Below, piece after piece: positions 1 to 13,370 of a DNA stretch of 64,000 bases. The translations under genes were made by a program, and so were the position numbers. The notes beneath the pieces are model-generated. The model did no database searches, was not told where the DNA came from, and was given only the letters and a program-made list of their open reading frames with translations. This DNA comes from Guillardia theta CCMP2712 (Eukaryota; Protista; Cryptophyta), in NCBI RefSeq assembly GCF_000315625.1, contig NW_005434662.1:705479-769478 (forward strand), given 5' to 3'. Each line of letters begins with the position of its first letter. The stretch's first letter is position 1.

Positions 1-1210
1 AGGGTTGATATGGAGGAGGGGAGCAGGAGCAAAGGGAAGGAGTAGATTACTACAGGAGCCGATCCCTACGAAAGGAATGTCCTGGCCCCAAGCGCTGCAC
101 TCTGATGTGCAATGCGCCGGCGCGTTTGTCCGAGCGGGTAGTAAAGGACCGTGATGGAAGCGTCGAGAGCTCGAGGGGGCCGTGGACGGGACGGGCGTGC
201 CACGGTGTGCATGACTGGCAGGGTCCGTCGTTCCGGTGAGGCCCGGGGATGCTAGTCAAAAGTAGCAGCCTCACGGTCGGCCGGGGCCCGGTCCTCCGGG
301 GTTTTATAGTCCCGCTAAGGTTCTACTCAAGCCTGCCTCAGATCAGAAAATTTCGGGGAAGTTGGGGATGAGGGCTTTGTCGATCGAAGGCGCGTGCGAT
401 GGAGCCAAGTAAGAAGTGAAAGCTATGGTGTTGCTGTTGATCTCTTGCAATTTGTTATGAGGAAGCAATGTTTGCGTATGATTTTACCATTATTTCCTGC
501 TCATCCTGTGATTCTTGATCTTTCATGTTTGGTTGCCTCATGTAAATGTGGCTCTAATTTTTCATTTTGGCATAATCTTATCCCGTCCTCGACCTCATTG
601 TCTCCACATATGATCCCTGAGTTTGGCTATGATGAAGCAAATACAATCAAAGTTCTTCCCATGCAAAGGGCCGTTGTGCCGATGCTGAGAAAACCATTGT
701 CATCTTTGCTCTGAGCCGTAGTTTCCCTTTTTCTGGATGTTGCGCTTCAAATCTTTCTGTTTCTCATGTATGATTTTCTACAGGTTGCTTCCATGCATGG
801 ACCGGATAAGTTGATTTCTTCTTTATGGCTGAATGATGATTTTCAAGAATGCCACCACTCATCATGCGGATAAGCCAGGTCAACAGTGGCTGTAGTGAGC
901 AATTCACCGTGTCATTTAAAGTAAATCAACGTGTACATATCGATCGATCCTTCCACAAGTGTGTTCCACAAGAAAATGTGTCACACATCAAAGCCGACAA
1001 CGAATGTGTAATGTACATGGTTGTGTGATGCGTGTGTTGTGTTTCATGGTCGAGTTGCCTCCGGGCTTTCATAAAGCGATGATATTCTCACACACGGCGA
1101 CAGATGCTGCATGCGGATCGCAAGCAAATCCACACAATCGTTGTCAATCTCAATCGACATCCTGATCAATAGTTTGTTGACTCTAGCCCTTTCATTCTAC
1201 CCCGATATAT

Positions 1211-1743
1211 TTATTCTGACTCCTCAGCGCGCAACTTAGCGTCGCCGTTGGTAACCTTGATCCCAAGTTGCTCAGCACGCTCGACGATAGCCTTCCTCTT
1301 CCTGGTAGAAACGTTCTGTGCGATCTCTGCAAGCACACAGTGAGAATGAGCAAAGCAACAGGGGAAAGAATGTTTCTTATCCTCACCAGCAGCATACTTC
1401 TTGTTGTGCATAAGGAGAAGTTCCAACTCGGCAACGTTGGAGACACGGAACTTGAGGAAACCATCCGGCATCAAGAAACGCGTTTTCTTGTTGGAACCAT
1501 ATCCGATCTTGACGTGCTTGGGAGTACCCTTAAAATGCCTACGGAAGCGACCATCCATACCGTGGGGCTTCCTCCAGGATTGCTGTGAAATCCAGCATAA
1601 GCTTCGAGAACGGGAAGATTTTCTCAACTCACAGCCATTCTCTTGAAAAGGTCGGCATGGAAACGAACGAACTTGTTCGATTTCTTCTTGACAATTTTAG
1701 GGCGAACCGCCGGTCTCAACTTGCTTCTAGAGCCAACAGCCAT
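1211..1743 (-). CDS. RPL32: 60S ribosomal protein L32 (eL32), 3 exons
   Basis: Spliced translation [31 protein letters not shown]...[18 protein letters not shown]...[16 protein letters not shown]...[21 protein letters not shown] matches eL32 signatures; GT-AG introns. Confidence 0.96.
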
Positions 1744-2572
1744 CCTGCACGGATAAGATCAGAACATGTAACCTCATGGTTCAATGGCATTAAAGTTTTG
1801 AACAGAAACAATGCACGGTGGATCACAAGGCCATTTCCATGTCTGTGTGTAGGGTCCTTGTACATCAGCTTTCACGTACCCAGAACCAATCGCACAAATA
1901 TGTCACGGCATACTTTGTTATAGAAAGAGAATCACAAACTCGTCACACACAGTTTCTTTGCACTGTATGATGCTCACGAAACATATGCAATCGAGTCAAT
2001 AATCGAATTTTCTATTCCATCAACCAACACCACAACGAAAAGAATGCCTGGTGTCAAAATGTTGCATCAATCCCATACACCACAGTATGACAGAACATTA
2101 CACACACTGATCGGCATGATCTCTCCAGTGAAACATGCCCAGCTGCCTTCAAGCCTCCTCTTGCATTGCCCCGCCCCCGCCAGCTTCACTCATGCCTCTC
2201 CTCCTTCCCCTCGTGCATGCTCGCTCACCCTCTCTCGCGCGTGCCGAAGAAAAAAAAGAAACGGTTACTTCCGTTGGTGGAAGGATCTGAGGGTGATGAG
2301 ATTTTCAATCTACAGGGGTAGGGGTCACCTCAGATTACAAATTGACCGGTTCTTTATAGATATTTATTTAACATAAAGGACGGGTACTTTGCGAAGATTC
2401 GCTTTCAAAGCGGTTGAGGGGGTAGGGTCTCATTGAGGAATGAAGGTGCGGGATGAGGGGAAACATGAAGGAATTGGGCGAGTGGAGGGATGAGGTCCAC
2501 CGGTGAACGAGGGGGATGAGGTGATACGATGGGATGAGGTGGGGATGCGGGTCTCCCTGAGCTGACTGCGCC

Positions 2573-3977
2573 ATGATCAGTGTCCCACAACTGCTCGCTG
2601 CCATCATGGGCGTTGGGGTGGCGCTGGGCGCAGGAGGAGCGATGCTAGTGATGTCGACCAGTAGGAAGAAGAGGTTAGTATGCTGTGCAGACTATGATGA
2701 TGTGCGGGAAGTCCCGTCTCGAGGGACGGGAAAGGATGACCCCATTAGTAGTGACGGGGCGATGGCAGGAGGAGGCTGAGGCTTGTGAGGCTTCCTGATG
2801 CAGAAGGGAAATCCTATGCTATAGATCCCTCATCGCCTGATATTCGAAAGATAACAAAGGTTTCTATTTTCTGTCCCTATCTCCCACTAATCGCTTCAAG
2901 GCCTTCCGGTGGTACTCTCCCCAGTTTTCACCCAAAGAAGTGCCGAGGTTCTACGACCTGTCAAGTATAACTGAGGTACGCAAGACACTCCACGTGAATC
3001 GAGTGTCGGCACTGATTTGAGGTTAGAACCCGACGGCTTTCCGAGATGTATGAGCAGAAAATACTATGCCGGTGCCACTGTGAACTGTGTTCCGCACAGG
3101 TGATAGACATTCTCGTCTCTCGATACTCTGCTCCTTCGTCCAAGCCAACTCACGTTGTAGCCTTCGATGCAAGGTCAGCCCGATCTCCTGTGCTGTCTAT
3201 CTAATCATGCCCACCTCAGGGGGTTTGCGATCGGGGCACCTCTTGCTGTTCAACTGGGAGTTCCACTTGTGCTCCTGAGGAAATCCTCCAAGAATCCAGG
3301 TGACCTCGTCCTCTTCTGAAGCTTGTCCGTCGCCCGCAAGCTCGTCCCGTGATCTCCGCTCAGGGATCCTCGTCCAGAGCGAAGGATACACCAAGGAGTA
3401 CAAGGAGGATCATGATGAGCGCATGTGCCTGCGTATCGGTGAGTCTGCAGCCTCCTCCCACTGCTGTGATCCGCATTGATTGACCTGCTCCAGATGCGCT
3501 GAAACCCGGGGACAGCGTCATTCTTGTGGATGATCTGCTGGCTACAGGAGGGACTGTCACCGCAGGACTGGAGCTCGTCTGCAATCTTGGGGCTACCGTC
3601 CTGGAAGTATGCTTGATCCCCTAGGAACCCGTAGTGAGATTCAGCTTGACAGGTCTGCTGTATCCTGATCTTGTCAAGCTTCAACCCCGTCTCGCGTATC
3701 CGAGCTTCGCACGGTCCGGAGCGTCAGAAGCTCTTTGGAAGGGTCTGACGAGCTGATGTCGCAGACGGGAGGTTCAAAGACGTTTCAGTCTTCTCCATCA
3801 TTGAGGACTCATCCATACCGCCCATCAACTGTAGAGACCCTGTGAATTGGAAGGTAATTCTTTGTCCTGCCTTCTGACTGGTGTCTGAACAAGGCTTCAA
3901 ACTTTTCTCAGGAGCGCAGGAGGATTATCGACGGCGAGCGAACAGATTTCATCCGTTCTACTTACAACCTCTCATAG
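2573..3977 (+). CDS. APRT: Adenine phosphoribosyltransferase with N-terminal hydrophobic extension, multi-exon
   Basis: Exon fragments [31 protein letters not shown] and the PRPP-binding loop [13 protein letters not shown] (~3517-3555). Confidence 0.88.
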
Positions 3978-4119
3978 CTTTATTAGTCTGCACATGATCT
4001 TCTTCAATATTCTTAGCTCACACGACCGTTCTCTCAACGAAACACCCACCTTGAGAACCGCTCCTTCGCATCTGCAACATGAACGGGATAAATGATAAAT
4101 CCGCTCCGCTGCTGCAGGC

Positions 4120-5858
4120 TCAGGCGAGGATTTGAATCATTTCCTTATGGAAACACCAGTGGATAACAGCGCAGGAGATTCCGATAAAAACTGCGGCTAT
4201 GGCCACGATCGCTACCTTGGAGAATCTCTCCACAGTGTCGTTCTCCTCCCTGATCTCCTTGTCCTCCTTAGAGAATTCGTGCTTGGGGTTGTTGCAGTCG
4301 ACGAAGGAATCCTCGAGAACGCAAGGAGCGATCCCTTGCTTCCTCTTGACGACTGAGCTATGTGGAGTTGAGGGCTGACCTTGCACCTGCTTGGGGGAGG
4401 AAAACATATCCTCCTCAGGTTGCCCAATACGTGGTTCGCAGCCAGCCACTGTGAAAAGTTTCGAGTCAGCGGGGTTGTTGTGGCGTCTTCCATGAAAGCA
4501 TCTCACCTCTCGACGACGTCTTGGTCTGAGACTTTTCGAGCTGCTCCCTCTTGTACTTCAAGAACCTTTCTTTGATCTCTTGCGTCTTCCTCGAGGATTC
4601 AAGCAGCACGCTCTTCTCATATGGGACCTGATCGAAATTCCTGTCAACCTTGCCAAGAGGGTTGAAAGTACTCGCTACCTCAACCGAGTTCGTAGGCGTC
4701 TTCTCAGCTGATGATTGAAGCTCACAAGGCGAGTCGTTTGTAGTGCAGCCCTTGACTCCAGATGGTGTAACCACCACCTCCTCATTCCCGGTCCCAACAC
4801 CCCCTGCCTGCTCCTGCAATTGCACGACAGCGGTCAAGGGATTTGCAGTAGGCTCGAGATCTACAACACAAACCTCTTGCAGGAGTTCGTTTGCGTCCTC
4901 TGGCTGGGGGAGACGTCAACCACCAGCAGCGTGGGACCCACAGATTCCTTACCTCGAATTTCACACTTGCAGGAGAACGGCAGGTCTTCTCCTCGTTGGC
5001 AGGCTCAAACTCTTCTCTTTCCAGCGATCGCGCAGTCTCAACAGTTTCTCCTCCTTCTTTGTCGGCATTGTTGGGCGACGGCGAAGATGCACTTTTAGGA
5101 GGGCTGTCAACTTTTTGTGAAGAAATTTGAGGGAGCGGTTCTATCTCCCGCCTCGGCGCCGTCGGTTCGCTCTTGGCTGGCTTGATAGGAGGAGAGATTG
5201 ACTTTGGGCCAGAGAAGCTCTTCGGGCTTATCTTTCCCTGAATTTTCTTAGAAGCACTGTCGAATCTCTTCTTGTTGAGCGAGCTAGCAGCCTTAATCTT
5301 TGATAGCGGCTTCTCCTCGCTCTCTTTCGGGTTCGGCGTCGTAGAGCTGCTCGTCAGCTGCTCTTTCGGGAACAACGTTGGTATCTTCGACTTTACCGTG
5401 TCTTTGCTGTTGGTGACGCCCTTGCAAGCAGCACTGTCTCTCCTCTGCGATGTGCTCTGCTGGTCGTGCCCGATCTGGTTCCGCTGTGCGCAAACGGAGT
5501 CAAAATTCAGCGTTGTCGGTGAGAAGTCGTCATGGTCGAAGTTGATGTCTTCGAGCCCATGCAGCTCTGCCGTGTTGGGGGAAAGATTCTGGCAGCTGCC
5601 TGCTGTAGATGCAGGGAGGTTCTGACCCTTCGAGGGGGATACCTTGTCCAGCTCCAGTCGCCTGGGCGACGGCAATTCCACCGCCATCTCCTCGTTTTGG
5701 AAGCTCTGCATCCTCAACAGCTCTTGAGTGTTGGGCGAGATGCTGCCCTTGGATCCTTGCTGGTCCTTTGTCTCGCTCGTGCTGCTCCTCTTCATAGATT
5801 CCCCGTCTGCAGGCAGGCTAGAGTTGGTACGATCCCGCAGAAACGACTTGAGGTGCAT
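4120..5858 (-). CDS. Hypothetical low-complexity S/K/P-rich protein with a C-terminal transmembrane segment
   Basis: Long ORFs 4782-5858, 4466-4837 and 4120-4506 joinable by short introns; terminal hydrophobic stretch VAIVAIAAVFIGISCAVIHWCF. Confidence 0.6.
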
Positions 5859-6099
5859 CTTGACTGATGTCTAGGCCCGTCCTCTAACTGACTCCTCTTC
5901 CTTTCTCTTCCTCCTCGTGTCAGGCTCTTCCTCCCTTGACCCGCTCCTCTTCGCTCCAGCCGCCTCCCTCCCCTCGCTCACTGACGGTGCTCGTTGATGA
6001 GTCCCAAGAATTCAAAAAGGCGTGCAAAACGCCGGGATCAACTCCTTTACTCAAAGTTAAGTTAAAAATCAATACGAGGACAATCAACTACTTCAAATG

Positions 6100-6640
6100 C
6101 CGGGCGGCGCCCCCATCCCGGAACGCCGGGTCCCCCTGGCACCGTGACCGTCGTCACCCGGGCCAGTGCCAGCCAGACTCGGCGGTGAGACAGGCTCTCA
6201 CCCCGGGCCCCGGGCCCGACCGTACGCGGCCCGGGCCCGGCCGGTACTAGCCTGAGTCCGAGTCAGCCCGAGTCTGCCGCCCGGCCCTGGCGCGGCGGAC
6301 TCCGATCGGACCGGACGCCGCGGGGCCTGCCCGGCCGGCGGCGGCCGGCCGGGCCGGGCAGCCGCCCGGGACCGTACGCCGACGGTGGGCCATTGCAGTA
6401 CGGTCAGGCCCGGGTGCAGTGCCACGCACGGAGCCTCGGAGTATGGCCCGGGTGCCCGGCACTGAGGCTGGCCCGCCGGGAGGGCCCGCCCACCGTCCGG
6501 GTGCCCGCCCGGTCACTGGGTTGCTCGGAAACTTGTGAACCGTGAGCCTGTGTGCGAAATCGGAAAATGAACTTGCGGCCTTGTCGGAACTTCACTGAGA
6601 GTCAGTGACCGGGCCGCGCGGCCCGGCCCGGCTCTCGGAG
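6100..6640. repeat. GC-rich intergenic island built from short palindromic words (CCGG, GGGCCC, GGCC, GTAC, TGAGTC, GTCAC)
   Basis: Sharp compositional shift between two divergently transcribed genes; similar islands at ~10310-10530, 13215-13300, 15780-15870, 46250-46340 and 58340-58520. Confidence 0.7.
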
Positions 6641-6722
6641 TCCAGAGCCACATGGTCATATCATGGCAGTTGACAAGAACAGTTATTTTGACCGTTACAC
6701 CTGCTTCCTCTTCCCAAGCAGC

Positions 6723-8246
6723 ATGCGCGTGTCCCTGCGCTGGCTGTCTGCACATGCTGTGCGGCTGCGCCAGTCGGTGAAGCCGAACAACACTGCCTCC
6801 TCCACTTGCCCCTCCTTCTCCTCCTCCTCTCGATGTGCAACTTACTCTCCTCCCCAGTCCCCCTCTTCATCAGCCCTCCCTCCCTTCACATTGGTTCGCT
6901 GTGCCGTCCCCACGTTGGGGCGCAGGCTTGTACAGTCTCGCTTGCAAGGCCATCGCCTTGCTTCGTCTAGTTCAGCTGCAGAACGGGAGCCTACATCTGA
7001 AGAGAAAGCAAACATGAAGAAGGAGGAGATGAAGAAAAAGGACGTCCCCCTTGGCATGCTGAAAGCTGATGGGACAAGCAAGCGCTTTTACAAGCAGGCA
7101 GGTGTGCAGCAGGTGAAGCAAGATTGCCCTCGGACTGGAATGCTCAGAACAATGTGGTCGTTGACGTTGGATGGTCGTGGTGTTCGTACACCTGCAAACA
7201 AGCTACTCACCGTGCCCACCAAGGACATGGCCATGGTTGGAGATTTTCTGTCTATCTTGTTCTGGTTGCTGGTGACGTTGATATGAAGGCAATTGCCATG
7301 GAGTTTGATGTCCAGGACCTGAACATTCTTCCATATACAATGCCTCTTGTACGGTGGCTCTTTCACCCCTGATGGTTGCTGATTTCGCATGCCAGACCAC
7401 CCTGGCTACAACGTCCATTGACCAGATCTCGCGCTCGGATGTTCGGCAGAGCACGTAAGACATGAGGAGAACCATGTGTATCTTGTACAGAGGGCTGAAA
7501 GGACACGTGACAGCATAACCTCATTGCTTCGTCAGTTCCGAAACGACCTACTTACCCTCCGAAGGTGCCGTGATTTGCGCTCCTACTACCCTTCGAGCTA
7601 AGCTGACGCGTCGGCAGTAACGATCCTCCCGACCTTGTAGAGAAGGAGGAGAAGATCTGGGGCAGAATTTGTGATTGGGCAGAGAGTCATTACAAGTTCA
7701 AGGTGGGCTCTGCGATCGAGGGGAAGGTTTCACTGACTTGTCAGCAGCTGGTGATCAGCCATGAATGGCTCCAAACAGAGCAGCCCGACGATATCATGAG
7801 CACTGTGCGAGATGACCTCCTAGGTCGATCTGACTGGAGATTGACTGTGATTGATCAAGTGAGAGACGTTTGCCAGTCGATCGCCCTGCCTGACGTTTAC
7901 GGTTCAGGTCGCGGGGTCCACGGGCTCCTTGATGCTCTCCTTGGCTCTCTCCCAGGGCTTCCTTAATGCAGATGAGGCGATGAAGGTTGGAGATCGCATG
8001 AGCTCTCCGTCTATCTCAACATTCATTGTCTCTTGACTTGTTGTGAAGGCCGCTCGTCTGAGTGAAGATTACAACGTTGAGCGATGGGGAATGGTGATGA
8101 ACAGCGGTATGGGCGGACATGATATCGATGCTGCAGACATGCGTTCGAGGTTTGTCCTGCTTGCATGATTTCCCTGATGTGACACTTATGGCAGGCTTGC
8201 AGCGGCATGGCTTTACAACCGGCTCTTGCCAACTGAGTATCGCTAA
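6723..8246 (+). CDS. ATP12: ATP12/ATPAF2 mitochondrial F1-ATPase assembly chaperone, multi-exon
   Basis: KRFYKQ...LTLDGRGVRTPANKLLTVPT...AIAMEFDVQ...PYTMPL...TSIDQ, plus C-terminal AARLSEDYNVERWG...GGHDID; R/S-rich mitochondrial-type presequence. Confidence 0.9.
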
Positions 8247-8434
8247 ATCACAAGGAACAGAAGATCGGATGATGCACTTAGTCACAAGTGGACGGATGAC
8301 TAGGGAATATCCACAATGGTAAGAAACACGTATGTGGAAATCACTGAGAACGCCTTCACGCCCATCGTTCACATCGGATGCTGCGACAATGTTCGAACCT
8401 TGCTCAAATGCTGTATTGCTTACATGGCACCATT

Positions 8435-10085
8435 TTACATGCTCTTTGCTGTTAGCCAACCCAAGAGTTTCTCATTGAACAACTGCGGCACTTCATCATG
8501 AGGGCAGTGCCCAGCCTTCAAGCCAATGTACTCGGCAGAGGGCATGAGCTGTAGTGTTCTGTCTGCCCTTGACTTGGTTATCCATGGATCGTTCTCGCCC
8601 CATAGAAGCAAAGTAGGAATCTTCCTCGCCTCCACGAAATTCGAGAGAGTGTTGACCGTCACATATCTCTTGCCTCCCCTTCCTCCGATGGTCGTCTGGA
8701 AGAAGACTTCAAAGGCATTGGGTTGGAGAGCTGGCCTCTTGATCAGATCAACGAGATCGTCATCGATCCTCGACTTGTCATCAGTGTAGACCAGCGCCAG
8801 TGTGGATGCTATCCTTGCCTCTCTCGTCAGGAGGAATCCTCCAAAGGAGATCATGCTGAGCCACGAGTCAAGTTAGGCCTCGCAGAATCAGTTCTCTCAC
8901 CGCTTGATCAGCTCTTGCACACGATCCACCAGCGTGTATGGAGGCGCAGGAGCATCCATCTCTGAGAGGATGCTGTCCTGCGGGAGACCCGCGTACGGCT
9001 CGACATTTCCATCTTCTGCCAGGGGGCCTGCGGAGTTCACCAGCACAAGGCCCCCGATGCCTTCAGCCGACCCGAGCCCTTGGAAGGCGAGATCAGCACA
9101 CCGCACGGTCACTGGCGCCTGCATTACCTGCTGCCAACATGGCGGAATATCCTCCCAGAGAGTTTCCAGCCAAGATGACTTGCTTGCTGAAGGAAGCAGG
9201 AAGGATCACTTCCTTGATGAAATCGCAGATCTGCGCAGCCCAGACGTGCCCCCCCCACACATTGAACTGCAGTCAAGGTGAGCATGGCTACAGCTGACGC
9301 GTCTGTGCTTGCAAGCATGAAACAGGGAACTCACCCCGGTAGGAACGTCAGGCTGCTCAGAGAAGCCAAACCCGAGAAGGTCGATGGCATACACCGGCCT
9401 GTCGGCCGCGAGCTGCTCCACGTTGTCTCTCCAGTGCTGATGACCAACAGCTCGTCACTTCACACATATCCAAGTCATTCACATCACTTCGATCGATGCT
9501 CCAAAGCCATGGATGAGCAGGATGGGGTTCTTCTTTCCCTCCGGGTTGACGCTCGCATACCTGGCCTTGCGATCACACCAACGATCTTCCGGAGCTTTAA
9601 CAAATATGACCTGACCCTCATTGTCTTCCATTGCCAGAACTGGCCTTCTCTCCACTACACCAAACCAAGAACAAGGTTCAGATGCAAGGAAATGCTGAGA
9701 GCCAGCATGATCGCACCTTTTGCACTGGCTGCGTTGTCGTGACTGTTGTGGCGCCCTCAACCGACGTCTCTGCAGGTTTTGCAGACATCTGACCAATGAG
9801 GGACGAGATTCTTCCACTTCTCAGAAGTTTTCGCACTTCTTCATCACAACTTCTTCCAAAGCTTCGGCAGTGTCTGCCATGGATGGTAGGTGCAACGCGT
9901 GCTTTGGTAGTGAGGGGAGAAGGCCTGACGGTGCTGCTGCGAAGCTTGCTCATCTCAGGAAGCTTCGATGAAGCGGAGGAAGAGAGCGGAGAAGCAGAGA
10001 AGGAAGTTGCAGATGTGGATGGACCGAGCATGAAGGCCATGGAGGCCGGCGGAAGGCTGAGAAGCAGCACAAGCGCCGCCGCCAT
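8435..10085 (-). CDS. Plastid-targeted alpha/beta hydrolase, pheophytinase/chlorophyll-dephytylase-like
   Basis: Signal peptide ending ...SMA|F; motifs LLIHGFGAS, YAIDLLGFGFS, GNSLGG (nucleophile elbow), LLWGENDPW, GHCPHDEVP. Confidence 0.85.
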
Positions 10086-10538
10086 CGCCAGTGAGCTGCT
10101 TTATGAGTTCTATGGGGATGAGGGTCAGGATTTCAGCACTACCGGTAGTTTTCTGTGTGAAATTTGGCTAAGAGGGAGGGGTGGCGACGAATAGTCCAAG
10201 TTTTGAGTAATAATATTTCGGGACGCAAGTTTTCAGGGACCGGCGACATCCAGTAGGGGTCCTAGAGACAGAAGTTGCCTTGGAAGAGTGGGGTAGGGGT
10301 GCTGGAAAGCTACTGAGTCAACTGCCGCAGTGCCACGCCGGGCCCGGCCCGGGCCGGCCCGGTCGGAACCGGGCCGGGCCGCTAGGAGTGGCTCGCCGAG
10401 AGAGTTCTGACGGACCTGGTGAGTCACGTTCCGAGTCTCAATTTCATTACACAACTGAGTCCGAAGCAAAAAATCCGAATGAAAGGAGGAACCCGGCCCG
10501 CCGACGTGTGGTTTGATCCCGCCGCCGTCCGGCGGCAT

Positions 10539-12702
<2,164 letters not shown>

Positions 12703-13332
12703 AACCTACAGCTCTCCTCTAACTTACCCCCACCCCTGCAGAGCACCCCCCCCTACCCCCACAACCCCCTCCCACCTGCCTGACCGTACACAGAGAAAGG
12801 TTCCATACACAGGTGGATTCATCACCTACCCAAGGGGCTGATTAGTAAGCTCCAAGAACCGGTACTTGGAAAATCGTGCTACCCCCACCCCTAGTTTACC
12901 AATGGCCACCTGCACTTGAACCACCCCTGTGAGGACCCGTGCAGCAGCTATGAGATTGAGGGGAAGCAGATCTCTTGATGTAGGGGTAGCATATCGACTG
13001 AAGCTGTGGAGGGTGGGGTGAAAAGTTAAAATACCGGTACCATTTCCACTGTCTGAGGTAAATGATGCCGGTGGGTGGAGCAATTTGTGGAGTCATTGTG
13101 GGGTGGGTGGTAAGGGAGGGTCATGGGGGTAGGTGAAGCTGCTGGGCCACGTCATTTGCAATCGAAACTTATCCACATCCCCACTCACACCCAGCATTTT
13201 TGAAAAAATGACCCACTGAGGCGGACTAAGTCGGACTCAGCCCGCCGGGCGGCCGGCCGGAGGCGCCGCACTGAAGGCCCGGCCGTGGCTGGTGACACGT
13301 GCGACCTTGGACCCTGTTGGCTAAGTGACACA

Positions 13333-13370
13333 TGGGTCGAATTCGGCCCACGTGGGCCGAATTCGACCCA
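13333..13370. repeat. Perfect 38-bp palindrome
   Basis: tgggtcgaattcggcccac|gtgggccgaattcgaccca; the two halves are exact reverse complements with no spacer. Confidence 0.95.

Noticed and set aside
45-130. Hammerhead or HDV-like ribozyme, or telomerase RNA
   Set aside because: CTGATG is followed by T rather than A and the cleavage triplet is wrong; the HDV-like fold lacks the J4/2 catalytic C and the P2 partner; no CCCTAA(A)-type template within the structured part
394-1165. Short ORFs between the window start and RPL32
   Set aside because: No recognisable motifs and frequent stops in all frames; no gene model can be supported
6198-6595. G/P/R/A-rich ORFs in the GC-rich island
   Set aside because: Artefact of stop-poor GC-rich low-complexity DNA
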